Numbered from the stretch's first letter, positions 1-10,821 are shown. The stretch is DNA of 60,221 nt from Chitinophaga pinensis (GCA_943368675.1 CALRLN020000001.1:1-60221); one strand, 5' to 3'. Notes: generated from the sequence alone by a model not told the origin. Numbers and translations are program-made.

Positions 1-957
1 GCCATAGAAAAATCAAGAAAAACAGGGGATGCCTTTGAGACTGAATACCGTCGGTACGATAAACAGGGATCTTTGCGTTATATTTATTCTAAAGGTGATG
101 TACGAAAAGACAAGAAAGGTGTGATAACAGGTATGCTTTGTATTAGTATAGATTTAACAGAGATACGATTAAAAGAGCAGAAACTCCTGGAAACTTTTCA
201 ACAACTTGAAAGCAAGAATATTGAATTAGAACATAGTAATACGGAGTTGGCTTCGTTCAGCTATATAGCCTCGCACGATTTAGGCGACCCGCTCTATAAA
301 ATTCAGGCATTTACAGAGCGTATCATGCTGAAAGAAGAATTGTCTGACACAGCAAAAGACTATTTCTCACGTATTATCAGGTCAACGCAAAGAATGAAGA
401 GCCTGCTGGCAGATTTATTGAACTTTTCGCGCATGACAACCGATGAAGCTATCTTTGCCAAAACCGATCTGAACATTTTACTGGAAGAAGCCAGACAAAG
501 CCTGAGCGAAAGAATTGAGGAGAAAAAGGCTGTTATTGAAGCTGACGACCTACCTACACTCACTATTATTCCAACGCAGTTTTATCAGTTGTTTGCCAAT
601 ATCATTTCTAACTCGATTAAATACAGCAAGAAAGATGTGCCTCCGCATATTGTTATTAAAGCCTCTCGGATGTCAGGCGAAGACATAGACGATGCCAGAG
701 CTATTGATAACAGAAAATACTGGAAGCTCAGTTTTACTGATAATGGTATCGGATTCGAACAACAATATGAGAATAAGATTTTTGAGCTTTTTCAGCGTCT
801 GCACGGAAAAACAGAATATTCCGGCACTGGAATAGGTCTCACTATCTGCCGTAAGGTTGTTCAGAATCATGAAGGCCTCATCGAAGTTTTTGGGAAGCCA
901 AATATTGGCGCTACTTTTAATGTGTATATACCGGAAAGAGAAGTAGAAACTAAGTAG
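1..957 (+). CDS. PAS-domain sensor histidine kinase, 5'-truncated by the window edge
   Basis: Frame is open from base 1. PAC-like segment (EYRRYDKQGSLRYIYSKG), HisKA H-box SHDLGDPL, HATPase boxes (NSIKY, DNGIGF, GTGIGL). Confidence 0.92.
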   Translation, partial: AIEKSRKTGDAFETEYRRYDKQGSLRYIYSKGDVRKDKKGVITGMLCISIDLTEIRLKEQKLLETFQQLESKNIELEHSNTELASFSYIASHDLGDPLYKIQAFTERIMLKEELSDTAKDYFSRIIRSTQRMKSLLADLLNFSRMTTDEAIFAKTDLNILLEEARQSLSERIEEKKAVIEADDLPTLTIIPTQFYQLFANIISNSIKYSKKDVPPHIVIKASRMSGEDIDDARAIDNRKYWKLSFTDNGIGFEQQYENKIFELFQRLHGKTEYSGTGIGLTICRKVVQNHEGLIEVFGKPNIGATFNVYIPEREVETK

Positions 958-969
958 ATAAGATTTGCC

Positions 970-1362
970 ATGTATAAGAACTATGTGTATGCTGCACTGG
1001 CTGGTATAGCCATTGGGCTGTTTACTATCTATATCCTACCCGCTGAATTTGAAATTTTTCTCTGGCCAATGCTGATTGTTACTATCGGTTATTTTGCAGC
1101 AAAGGCACCAACTACAGGAATATTCTGGAGTGGATTCTGGTATGCCCTTGTAACAGGCGTAAGTATCACACTTACTCATCTTGTATTAATTGATGATTAT
1201 CTGGCAGGTCATCCTCAAGAAAAACATCAGATAAATAACTACGACCCGGGCCTGGCTCCACAACTTGCATTATTAATGGCGGCTCCCGTTTACTGGCTTA
1301 TTTTAGCGGCACTATCCGGTCTTCTGACAGTACTCTGGACCAAAGTAAGAAAAACGGATTGA
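970..1362 (+). CDS. Hypothetical membrane protein (about 4 TM helices)
   Basis: 130-aa ORF with hydrophobic segments, ATG 12 nt after the kinase stop. Confidence 0.75.
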   Translation: MYKNYVYAALAGIAIGLFTIYILPAEFEIFLWPMLIVTIGYFAAKAPTTGIFWSGFWYALVTGVSITLTHLVLIDDYLAGHPQEKHQINNYDPGLAPQLALLMAAPVYWLILAALSGLLTVLWTKVRKTD

Positions 1363-1370
1363 GTATTCGC

Positions 1371-1655
1371 TCAATTCCATTTGGTACCTGAACCGATCAG
1401 AATGATAAAGAATAAAAAAACCAATAAAGCTGGTATTGCTAAAACCCCCGACAGAATTTTTGCTGCCACAAGCTTGTCTGCTGATTTCAGCATGAATGAT
1501 CCTATCAGCACGGCCGCTAATACCACCAGTATAACAAACCATAGCGCAATATTAAAAGATGAAACAGAGCCATCGGCTATACCTATAAAGAAGAAGTATA
1601 AGGCTATTAATGCCACAATGGCATCAATGCCCCAGAAAATCCAGAATAAGATCAT
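1371..1655 (-). CDS. Small hypothetical membrane protein (about 3 TM helices)
   Basis: 94 aa, strongly hydrophobic, FFFIGIADGSVSSFN loop. Confidence 0.75.
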   Translation of the reverse strand: MILFWIFWGIDAIVALIALYFFFIGIADGSVSSFNIALWFVILVVLAAVLIGSFMLKSADKLVAAKILSGVLAIPALLVFLFFIILIGSGTKWN

Positions 1656-1862
1656 GACTGATAATAATTAAAGTGTAAAGGTGTTTTGAAAGCAAAGATG
1701 GTATTTATACGCCTAAAATAGAATTTTGTACCATCTATAACCATATTTTTCTATTGGGCGGTAAAAAAAAGAAAACCCCGGAATAGGTTTTTTTTCGGGG
1801 TATCTAAGACATATGTTTCATTTGATATTCCTGCACGTAAGTATATTTGCGTTTCTCCATAA

Positions 1863-2981
1863 CTATTCTTTACAATTTCCGATTTCTTTGAGTTTTACCA
1901 CTACTCTGTTGAAAGTAACTTTTACCCGGGTGCGCATTCCGGCATCATCACCATCGGTATCACCTACAAAGGCAAATCTTTTAATTAGCTCGCCACTGCC
2001 ATTTTCAAAAAAGTCTTCGCTGTGGCCACTGTCAATATAATTGGCGCTGGTCTCTTTATCACTCACGATATTTACAATTCTTCTGTTTGACGGGGCTGTA
2101 AAAATTGTATAAACAGCAGAACCTTCAGCAGTTGACCAATCGCTTTTGGTTTCTCTGGCGCGCATATATACCCTTGCTTTAATAGCATTATTATCCATAT
2201 AGATATTCACTCTTGCATTTACATTGGGTCCATTCCCTTTATAATCTCTGTCTCCCCTGACATGAGAAGGCGTAAAAGTAATTACGTCTGGTGAGAACGA
2301 ATTTTCTTCTTCTCTACAATCAGGAATAACCGGTTGTGTAATGGCAATAGATGACATCTGATTGTCTTTATATTCCAGCACAAGTCTGCTACTGGTTTCA
2401 TTAAGCAATAGGCCATTGCTCCCAAGGTTCAATACGAGATGATAATGAGATAACCGGTTAATGGCGTGCGTAACATCAACTTTCTGGTTATCATTGGTTA
2501 TCAGATATAATTTTAAAGGCTGATTATCAAAATCATATCCCGAAATATCCACTTTATTTCTACGATTGGGGGTCAGGTTCATGTCAATTGCTGATGGGAT
2601 TACCTGACAGATGGCAGGGTTACGTTCGGGTATCGGTTTTTTAAGCCATTCGGCCTTAATTCTCTGAAGAGCCTGTACTACTCTTGCTCCTAAGAAATCG
2701 ACGTTACACCGAAGTTCAGAACCCGCCGCAGCAATGGTTCTATTGGCCAGAGTCTGCACCTCATTCCTGATAGTGCTTTGTGCCTCGTCTGTCAGCTTAT
2801 CGCTTAACTCCTGTAAAGTTGCCTGCCATGATTCCGACTCATGAGTGATCTCATCAATGGCATCATCAATCATAGCAACTGTATTGTTAGTAAGATCCTG
2901 GGCTGTATCCTGAATAGTTCGTTTCAGCCCACACCCTATTATCAAAAACAAAAGCACAGTTGCGGCAATTATTCTTTTCAT
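1863..2981 (-). CDS. Putative lipoprotein of unknown function
   Basis: Start moved to ATG 2981 (MKRIIAATVLLFLIIGC gives a signal peptide plus lipobox). Helical N-terminal region followed by beta-rich domains. Confidence 0.8.
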   Translation of the reverse strand: MKRIIAATVLLFLIIGCGLKRTIQDTAQDLTNNTVAMIDDAIDEITHESESWQATLQELSDKLTDEAQSTIRNEVQTLANRTIAAAGSELRCNVDFLGARVVQALQRIKAEWLKKPIPERNPAICQVIPSAIDMNLTPNRRNKVDISGYDFDNQPLKLYLITNDNQKVDVTHAINRLSHYHLVLNLGSNGLLLNETSSRLVLEYKDNQMSSIAITQPVIPDCREEENSFSPDVITFTPSHVRGDRDYKGNGPNVNARVNIYMDNNAIKARVYMRARETKSDWSTAEGSAVYTIFTAPSNRRIVNIVSDKETSANYIDSGHSEDFFENGSGELIKRFAFVGDTDGDDAGMRTRVKVTFNRVVVKLKEIGNCKE

Positions 2982-3237
2982 GGCTATAAAGTTTATATTG
3001 TATGGATTATAGTAGCAGTTCGGGCAACAAAAGTAAAGGTCTTGGGCTAATGATGATAGAGGGAAAACCCTCATTTCATTGAGTAAAAACACTATATTTC
3101 AACATAAAGACCTATTTTACTTGATGGAGCAATTATATAAATCTTTGCAGATGGCAATTTTGGGGAAATAATTCCTCATAAAAAATATGGAATATAGTTT
3201 TCTGATATTCAGGATATTATCTTAATCTTCTGATATT

Positions 3238-3633
3238 ATGGCACTTCATACCCAAATTATCTGGCTTTTTGTACTCGCAATACCTGTTTCCTGTATTGCC
3301 TGGACAGTAACACACGAAGAGATTTTCAGAGAATCCAGGGAATATTGTCAAAAACAAAGTCAGGTGTCTAAGGCTTTATTACGCCGAAAATTCTTTTATA
3401 TTTTTACCTGCGAATATTGTTTCAGTTTCTACGTAAGTATCCTGTTTATTATCATTACCGACTATCATCTGCTATTTTTTGATTGGAGAGGCTATCTTAT
3501 TGCTGTTTTTTCATTGGTTTGGATAGCGAATATTTATATGAGTTTATTTTTCAATATCCGTCTTGGCATAAAAAAGGATGGTTTAGAGGCCAAGGTAAAA
3601 GAAAAAGAGCTGGACGAAATAACTAAAGAATGA
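3238..3633 (+). CDS. Membrane protein with CxxC (DUF1360-like)
   Basis: TM helices flanking FTCEYCFS. Confidence 0.75.
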   Translation: MALHTQIIWLFVLAIPVSCIAWTVTHEEIFRESREYCQKQSQVSKALLRRKFFYIFTCEYCFSFYVSILFIIITDYHLLFFDWRGYLIAVFSLVWIANIYMSLFFNIRLGIKKDGLEAKVKEKELDEITKE

Positions 3634-3684
3634 GGTAATTGATTTGAAAGAGAGTAGGCTGATATTCTATAATTTGTCAAAAAA

Positions 3685-3712
3685 ATAAACCTTGTCAAAT
3701 AACAAGGTTTAT
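3685..3712. terminator. Probable bidirectional intrinsic terminator
   Basis: ATAAACCTTGT/ACAAGGTTTAT inverted repeat between convergent genes. Confidence 0.65.
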
Positions 3713-3741
3713 CATAAAAGAATATCGGATTTATTGATTTA

Positions 3742-4269
3742 TCAGTCCATTACTGCCTCCATATAAATATAGGCATTGGCCAAATCGTTCAGCTTATTAT
3801 TAGCCTGTATTTCTTCATCTAAAGTAATTTGAAGTAAATCTGCTACTTCTTCATACCGTAAGATGCTGGCGATTGCCCTTAAAGTACCATAGGAAGCGAT
3901 TTCATAATGCTCTACTTTCTGCGAGGCAAAAATCAGTCCCCAATCCCGAACAGTACTATATTCCTCAGTCGATTCAATTATTTCATTACATTCATTAATC
4001 AAGCCTATCATGGCTATGCATTTTTTCGTTTTAGCTGGTTCACCTATAACTTTAAATACTCTCTCAAGCCTGTTTATATGTGATTCCGTTTCTGTCAAAT
4101 GGGTTTCAAAAACTACTTCTAGGTCTTCCGATGTAGCAGCTCTGGCTAATTTGGGCAATGATTTTATCAATTTTTTTTCTGCCCAATACATATCTCTTAA
4201 GCCATTAATAAATAGTTTTCTAAGTTTCGCCCCATTATGTTTCTCAATCTGTGTGATGTGATTTTTCAT
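3742..4269 (-). CDS. YciE/YciF ferritin-like protein (DUF892)
   Basis: LRDMYWAEK, HLTETESHINRLE and QKVEHYEIASYGTL motifs. Confidence 0.92.
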   Translation of the reverse strand: MKNHITQIEKHNGAKLRKLFINGLRDMYWAEKKLIKSLPKLARAATSEDLEVVFETHLTETESHINRLERVFKVIGEPAKTKKCIAMIGLINECNEIIESTEEYSTVRDWGLIFASQKVEHYEIASYGTLRAIASILRYEEVADLLQITLDEEIQANNKLNDLANAYIYMEAVMD

Positions 4270-4625
4270 GGCTAACTTATTTTTAAAAGTTAAATGGATT
4301 TAATAATCCCCATAAAAAACCTGTACCAGTAGAGAACGATAGCGTCTGAACGAATACGTGAAAAGAAGCTATCTAATCATTTGCGGATAAATTACTTTTT
4401 TAATTCTTCAATGTTGAAAGTACAACTTATCCGCTTTATAATAAATTCCTATTTATTGTCATAGACAGATATTGTTTGCCTTCACTATCATTTATATTTC
4501 AAAAAATACATACACTAGAAAATAATTATTTGAATCATACTTCACAATTAAGAACCGTTAGTCTGGATAATAGCACCTCCAATGAAATCAATAAATATAG
4601 AAAATAAAATTACCGGAATGCCGAT

Positions 4626-5759
4626 TTACTTCTTAGCAATCTCTTTCATAGCCGCCAATACTGTTTCATCATAGGTTTTATACTGACCCCTATCATATTT
4701 CCTTAACTCAACAAGAATGGTAGGTATATAATTAAATTGTCTTTCATGCAGATAGGTATTTAACAAGTTTTTGGCCCCGCTGGTATCTCCTGTTTTCTCA
4801 GCAATAATTATTTCGCCTGCCCTTACAAAATGCTCATACAAGCTGGCCCTCCACGTATTATACCCCTGATTAGACATGGCTAATCTCATAGGCTCCAATA
4901 GTGGCTCAGTATCAGTTATTATTTTCTCCGGTAGTTTGTCTACACTCGGGTTTACAAACGAATGCCCGAATTCGTGCACACTTAACTCTCTTAATCTTTG
5001 CTTATCAGCAAAACCCATTTGTAAATCTGAGGTTTTCAAAAATTGCTGAGAATCTAATGCGCCAAATACATTGAAAATATGAGTTTTTTCACTTGCGCTA
5101 TATTTTACACCAAATCCCATACCTTTGGGTATAGTAAGACTGGGTACTAAAGTATAGGTATCAAAACTACTTTTATAAAAGCCCTCCATTGTACCTATAA
5201 AATCTGTTTCAGGCAGGCCATTGCGCACTTCTTCAATGGCTTTGTCATAGTATGGTTTTGAATCAATCATATATTGGTTGAAATCTATTTGTTTATAAAA
5301 AGCATTCAACCCTCCTAAAAAAATAGTAGCGTTCTCTTTCGCTTCTTTCAGGTTTTTGGTTCTGGAGAAATTGATATAATATGATTCCGGAATTGCTTCG
5401 GTGAGCTGCGCATCCGGAAAGTCGTCTACCTGAACCAGAAATGCAATAAGATAGTCCAGCCAAAGATGGTCGGCTACTGTAAAGCTATTAAGCAGGCTTT
5501 CGTTGGCAGCATACTTCTTGTATTTTCCGTAAATGAAATAACCGTAATTATGCCAGTCTTTTTTGGGCATCTTTTTGCCTCTTACATCAATTGTTTTGGT
5601 TTCAATATCTACTCCCTCAAAACCAATAAAATAGGCTAAGCCTAAAAGCTCAACATTTTTATTTATCTGGATTTTCAGCTTTTTATCGGGTGGAGCGCTA
5701 TAGGTAACAAGATGGTTTGTCAGCAAAATAAAGGAGATTAGTGTGATAAATTTTTTCAT
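4626..5759 (-). CDS. Secreted DUF4932-like protein, putative zinc metallopeptidase
   Basis: Signal peptide, VHEFGHSFVNP (HExxH) and a downstream EHFVRA. Confidence 0.8.
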   Translation of the reverse strand: MKKFITLISFILLTNHLVTYSAPPDKKLKIQINKNVELLGLAYFIGFEGVDIETKTIDVRGKKMPKKDWHNYGYFIYGKYKKYAANESLLNSFTVADHLWLDYLIAFLVQVDDFPDAQLTEAIPESYYINFSRTKNLKEAKENATIFLGGLNAFYKQIDFNQYMIDSKPYYDKAIEEVRNGLPETDFIGTMEGFYKSSFDTYTLVPSLTIPKGMGFGVKYSASEKTHIFNVFGALDSQQFLKTSDLQMGFADKQRLRELSVHEFGHSFVNPSVDKLPEKIITDTEPLLEPMRLAMSNQGYNTWRASLYEHFVRAGEIIIAEKTGDTSGAKNLLNTYLHERQFNYIPTILVELRKYDRGQYKTYDETVLAAMKEIAKK

Positions 5760-6030
5760 AATTATACTGATACAAAATGATGATTAAAAAGGTTATATTG
5801 GTTAAAAAGAACCGTGAATAAGAATTGTCAATTATACAAAAAGGCTTTGGATGAAACCCTGATTATTAATAAACGCCAATGCCTCCTGCAAAAATCTGCA
5901 AGAGGCATTGCATCTCTCTATTGACAATCGTGAAGGCTATATCCCCTACATAGTAGTCAGCCTATACAACCTTATTTTAATAAAATCTATCACCTATTTA
6001 AACCTGGTCATTTTTACATACAAGATTATA

Positions 6031-6480
6031 CTATCTTGCTCTCATAGCATCAGTATCAGTAAAGACATATTCTACCCCTCCGCAGCTTTTATTGAGCATA
6101 CTATTCTGGTATTTTGAATAGGCCTTAGGGTTAAAGAAGCTACGGTCATCCTGTTTGCAATTAATTTCTCCATTCAGAATTTCGCATTGTTTTACATCTA
6201 CGATTCTTTTGCCATTAGCTAATACCACCACAACAGAATCACCATCCTGTGGGAAGCTCCCCAATGGCATTTCATCACTCCAAAAACTAAAATCAATTGT
6301 TTTCTGCCCTTCTACCTCTACCATTTTCAGTTTACCTAAAGAGCGCTTTCCCCATCCAAACTTGACAGGCTGGCTGGAGTTGTTGGTAAAACTAATATAA
6401 TACACGCAAGTTTTAGGACCGATACAGGCGTTAAGGAAGATAGCACTGCTTACTAATAAAATTACAGCTTTAGTTTTCAT
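6031..6480 (-). CDS. Putative lipoprotein
   Basis: ATG 6480 gives MKTKAVILLVSSAIFLNAC (lipobox). Confidence 0.7.
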   Translation of the reverse strand: MKTKAVILLVSSAIFLNACIGPKTCVYYISFTNNSSQPVKFGWGKRSLGKLKMVEVEGQKTIDFSFWSDEMPLGSFPQDGDSVVVVLANGKRIVDVKQCEILNGEINCKQDDRSFFNPKAYSKYQNSMLNKSCGGVEYVFTDTDAMRAR

Positions 6481-7010
6481 AGATGCACATAACATTAAGT
6501 ATTTCTCTCTTTTAAACTATGGCAGATACACTTTGTTCATAAAAACAACCATTTATTGTATGATTCTGCAAAAGGTAATGTTGCAAAAATATACCTGAGA
6601 AAATACCCGTAAAAAAAGGCCCATTTTGTAGCAGAATATCAACAGAAACAATTACCATGAGGAAGAATAAACCCACGTATAACAATAATTATATAGCATA
6701 AAATGACATAAAGAAACCTTATAGAATCAAGCGTTATTTAGCAGGGTTTTCAGCTTAAAAACTTTCAATAATCATCGCCCTGGTCGTTTGGTACGCTTTT
6801 TTAGGTTACTAAAGAAACAGAAATGCTAAATAAGGCTTATCAAAAACAAAAACGCGATAAAGATTATCGCGTAATTAAACAAACAAGATCATGGAGTCAA
6901 TTGCTGAAAATAATATCCAACATAGGTTCTATATCTTGAGAACTGACCAACATGTGTTTTATTATTCAATCATGACGGGTCCTGAACCGCGTTTTTGTTG
7001 GTATCAGTTG

Positions 7011-7226
7011 CTAAAGCCTGTTGTCTGAACGCGCACCTGTGGTTTTGGCATTAGTATCAGATTTTAAACCTCTTACACGGGTCACACTGCCGGGATTGTT
7101 CGTAGTTGCCTCTGATTCCCTGTTTCCTGCATATTCTTTACTCTGTGTTCCCGAAAAATCGTCATTTGCAGAAGTAGAATACTTATCCTTTGTATCCTTC
7201 TTTGTTTTTTTGTGTGTAGTCTCCAT
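7011..7226 (-). CDS. Small hydrophilic protein (hydrophilin-like)
   Basis: ATG 7226 in A-rich context, 71 aa rich in T/K/S/D/N, sigma54-like motif about 45 nt upstream. Confidence 0.6.
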   Translation of the reverse strand: METTHKKTKKDTKDKYSTSANDDFSGTQSKEYAGNRESEATTNNPGSVTRVRGLKSDTNAKTTGARSDNRL

Positions 7227-7478
7227 AATTTTAATCAATTGTGTTGATAAATGTTTTTTCTTTCTCAATAGCTGAAAACTCTATGCCAGGGAGATTGTTT
7301 AACGGAGTTTAGCTACCGATCTGTAAATTCAATAAAATCTGATTCAGACTTTTTGTTTGTCGATAATTTCTCCATTTGACAACACATAAAATTATTTCAT
7401 GCCGACAAAAAACGCAGAAGCTGAGTATTATATGCAAATGAAAAGGATAAGAAGTGAATTCTTAACTTACCCTATATC

Positions 7479-8330
7479 CTACGATTGTTTATTCACTAAG
7501 CCCTTCACATAATCACTTGTTATATCATTATTAATAATCTCATTAAGTCCCTCATAATCTTTCAATTTCAAAGCCATATCTTTCATGGTTTTGAGTGCTA
7601 ACTTCAAATAATTCGGGCCTAAACTTACTCTGGCTACGCCAAGTTCTTCAAGGGTTTTTAAGGATGGAATACCCGGGAATGTTAAGACATTAACCGGGTA
7701 ATTAATGGTTGTAACCAATTTTTTCAGGTCTTCTTCTTTTTTCATTAAAATCGGATAAAAACAACCGGCCCCTGCTTCTTTGTAGGCTAAGCCTCTTTTA
7801 ACTATCTCATCAAACTTTGCCTTTTCGTTTGGGAATAGATTACCATGTATCAATACGTCTGTTCGGGCATTGATAAAAAGTGGAATATCTCTTTCCTGCG
7901 CCACTTCCTTAATAATTCTGATTCGGTTGCACTGCTCATCAAGCGAATAAAGGGTATGATTATCCGTTCTGGTATCTTCAATATTAACACCTGCGATTCC
8001 GGTATCTAACAATAAGTCTATATTCTCACGTAATTGGGCATCTGTTGTAGCATAAGCACTCTCAATATCGGCAGTTACCGGAGTATCCACACTCTGGGCA
8101 ATTTGTTTCAGACATATCAGCACCTCATTAAAAGGCAATTGTTCTCCGTCATTATAACCATTTGAAAAAGCTACTGAAGCACTAGCCGTTGCTATGGCAG
8201 GAAATTGCAGGCTTTCCAGCAAAAGTGCACCTAGTGTGTCCCAGATATTAGGTAAAATCAATAGTTTACCTGTATGATGCAAGGCATATAGTTTTAATGC
8301 TTTTTCTTTTTGTGTAGGCTTCGTTGTCAT
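7479..8330 (-). CDS. Isocitrate lyase/PEP mutase family protein
   Basis: LPNIWD, ATASASVA, PVTADIES, GVNIED and FINARTD motifs. Confidence 0.92.
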   Translation of the reverse strand: MTTKPTQKEKALKLYALHHTGKLLILPNIWDTLGALLLESLQFPAIATASASVAFSNGYNDGEQLPFNEVLICLKQIAQSVDTPVTADIESAYATTDAQLRENIDLLLDTGIAGVNIEDTRTDNHTLYSLDEQCNRIRIIKEVAQERDIPLFINARTDVLIHGNLFPNEKAKFDEIVKRGLAYKEAGAGCFYPILMKKEEDLKKLVTTINYPVNVLTFPGIPSLKTLEELGVARVSLGPNYLKLALKTMKDMALKLKDYEGLNEIINNDITSDYVKGLVNKQS

Positions 8331-8334
8331 GGTA

Positions 8335-8712
8335 TTAACTGATATCAGTAATTGATATGATTTTTGCGTCTGAAAAAGTAAAGATTGATTTGCCTTTCAG
8401 ATTGAGTGAGTCACCTCTTTTCAAGCCATTGGGTAAATCAATAGCCAAAATTGCATGATAATCAATGTCTATTTCAGTCTGCCTGCCACTATGCGAAAAG
8501 CTTTTGATGCTTTGCCGCCTTTCAGAGAAAAAGGCTTTGGCTTTTTCAGCCTGTTCTGCGAATGCAGATAAACCATTAATACTTAGAGTTATTTCTCCGC
8601 CGGATATATTGTCAAACTGAAGATGCTCATTTAAATCTTTCAACATTCCTTCTACATCAAAGTTGTTATAGGATTCAATATAGTGTTGTATTATCTGCTC
8701 TTGTTGATCCAT
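8335..8712 (-). CDS. SnoaL/NTF2-like family protein
   Basis: YIESYNNFDVEGML start and KIISITDIS end typical of the fold; tightly coupled to the downstream gene. Confidence 0.85.
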   Translation of the reverse strand: MDQQEQIIQHYIESYNNFDVEGMLKDLNEHLQFDNISGGEITLSINGLSAFAEQAEKAKAFFSERRQSIKSFSHSGRQTEIDIDYHAILAIDLPNGLKRGDSLNLKGKSIFTFSDAKIISITDIS

Positions 8713-8799
8713 TAGCGTATCCTGTATTTTTTAAAGACGCACCAATTTAATAATAAATCTCTCATTAAACATTCAGAACAATTGTATTCATACAATTTC

Positions 8800-10821
8800 T
8801 CAGAACTTATACCTCACCTGCAAATTAATGTCTGATTTATGGTCACTGTCAATGATATCATTTCCACTTCCTATACTTTCCTGATTTGTCATTTGCGTGC
8901 GGGCATAACGCACCCATAAATCCATGTGCTGATTAATGGCATACCTGCCATTCAGATACAGTCTTATCCCCTTACCAAAATAGGCAGGGAATGAGACCGC
9001 ATAAAGGACCGTGTTCTCGAAGGCATAAATACGCGAATCATAATCATCCGTAGCAAAGTATGCAATTCTGCCTTTCAGGTACAGTCTTCTGATAGAACCC
9101 TCTATATCCTGCATAATTGCATAACCTGTCGATTTTGCTCGTCCTTCATACTGAAAGGTATTTACCTGTATCCGGCTTTGAATCCTGAAGGTTCGGTTAA
9201 TGGTATAATCAAAGTTGGCTAATATATTTTCTTTGATTGTATTCACTACCACATCAGTAGGAGTAGTATTATCGGGCAGGTTCTTACCTTTATACTCGGC
9301 ATGGTATTGGGCGTACAACAACGTTTTTCTATTAAGCTGATAAGAGGCCCGTAGCAGATAATCAAATCCACGGGAGGGGGCATCTACCAGATATTTTAGC
9401 CAGGGGAATTTAAATCTATCATAAAAACCACTGAAAGTAAGATTCTTTTTAGGCGAATATTTCAAACCCCAATAAATGCCCTGTTCATTAATATTCCGGC
9501 TTCCCTCAGCTAAGGCATTGGCATAAAAACTATGAAAATTTTTGTCATAATATCTGAGATGCATCGCCCACTCCACCCGTTTACTCAGGGCAGCCAACCA
9601 GCCGCCAGCCAGCCCTATTCCACCACTACTGCTCCGGGCGGCTTCGCCAAAGAAATTGAAGTTCTGCCAGGTATGTGTAAAATTGGCACCAACTACCGTA
9701 TTTTGCCTGCCTGCAAATTCAAACCTGTTATACAATCTTGGCCTTCGCATTAATACAGCATCAAATTGCGTATTCAGAATAGTAGCCCCTATGTATCCAT
9801 TAATAAAGCGAAAAGTTGCATTCATCCCTATGTTCTGCTCCTTTAATTGGTTTTTATTGGCTATTTCTGTTTCAGTACGATGGTACCCTGCCATCAGAAT
9901 AGAACTAAAATATTCTTCTCTTTCTCCATTGGCTTCATCAATACTGGCATCTCGTTTAGTATAAGAATAAAAAGCCGTCAGATCCACTTTATTAAGCTGA
10001 TAAGTAGCGGCCGCCCCTCTGAAATACCCACTTTCTAATAAGGATCCATAGGGTCTGATACCTATATTGCTCCGCCGGATTGTCGTAACTGCTTCGCTAC
10101 CTTTGCCCAGGAAGAACCCCGCACCTAGCACCAAGCCTTGACCAAATTGCAACTGGTAATCGCCCGCAACCAGATTTTTTAGTTTTCCTTTGTTCTTCAA
10201 TTGTAGATAAAAACTATAAAAGTCAAAGTAGTTTTTCTCTCCTGCATCTTTTTCAGCTACTAATCCTATCTGAAAATCTCCCGGATTGCTTAATCTATAT
10301 CGGGCATATAATTGCTGAGGTGAACCCGGATACTTGTTTTCTATATATCCTTTGCTTTTTTCCAAGGTCTGGCTACTCCTTAGTACCAGATAATGGTCGC
10401 TTGCTTTGGTTAAACTACCGTATAAGGATTTAGGATTAAACTTTTGCCTGACCTCTACAAAAGGTAAAAGCTGCTGAATAGTGTTCATATCAAAACCTGT
10501 GACCGCTTGTAGTTCATAGATGCTTAACAACTCACCATATTCAGTTCGGTGTGTTAACAGACTCCTGATTTGTGGAGTAGAAAGGACGTATAAAGCGGAT
10601 AGTTCTTCATAGTTGGCTGTATTCAAATCAACTGGGTTCTGGTAGAGTTGAAACAGACTTTCGTATAGGTCTTCATAGTTTATATTTTCTTGTTGTAACG
10701 GAAAAATCCTTTGTATAAACTCGTCCAGATTGATTTCGGGTCGGGGTCGGGTTTGGGCCAATGTCATATACGTTATAAATAACAGACCGGCCAACAGGAA
10801 AACCCGCTTCTTTCCATTCAC
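8800..10821 (-). CDS. Helix-hairpin-helix (ComEA-like) domain protein with probable outer-membrane beta-barrel
   Basis: PVDLNTANYEELSAL...SIYELQAVTGFD HhH motif, beta-rich remainder ending in VRYKF. GTG 10821 gives a signal peptide; alternative ATG at 10890. Confidence 0.85.
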   Translation of the reverse strand: MNGKKRVFLLAGLLFITYMTLAQTRPRPEINLDEFIQRIFPLQQENINYEDLYESLFQLYQNPVDLNTANYEELSALYVLSTPQIRSLLTHRTEYGELLSIYELQAVTGFDMNTIQQLLPFVEVRQKFNPKSLYGSLTKASDHYLVLRSSQTLEKSKGYIENKYPGSPQQLYARYRLSNPGDFQIGLVAEKDAGEKNYFDFYSFYLQLKNKGKLKNLVAGDYQLQFGQGLVLGAGFFLGKGSEAVTTIRRSNIGIRPYGSLLESGYFRGAAATYQLNKVDLTAFYSYTKRDASIDEANGEREEYFSSILMAGYHRTETEIANKNQLKEQNIGMNATFRFINGYIGATILNTQFDAVLMRRPRLYNRFEFAGRQNTVVGANFTHTWQNFNFFGEAARSSSGGIGLAGGWLAALSKRVEWAMHLRYYDKNFHSFYANALAEGSRNINEQGIYWGLKYSPKKNLTFSGFYDRFKFPWLKYLVDAPSRGFDYLLRASYQLNRKTLLYAQYHAEYKGKNLPDNTTPTDVVVNTIKENILANFDYTINRTFRIQSRIQVNTFQYEGRAKSTGYAIMQDIEGSIRRLYLKGRIAYFATDDYDSRIYAFENTVLYAVSFPAYFGKGIRLYLNGRYAINQHMDLWVRYARTQMTNQESIGSGNDIIDSDHKSDINLQVRYKF

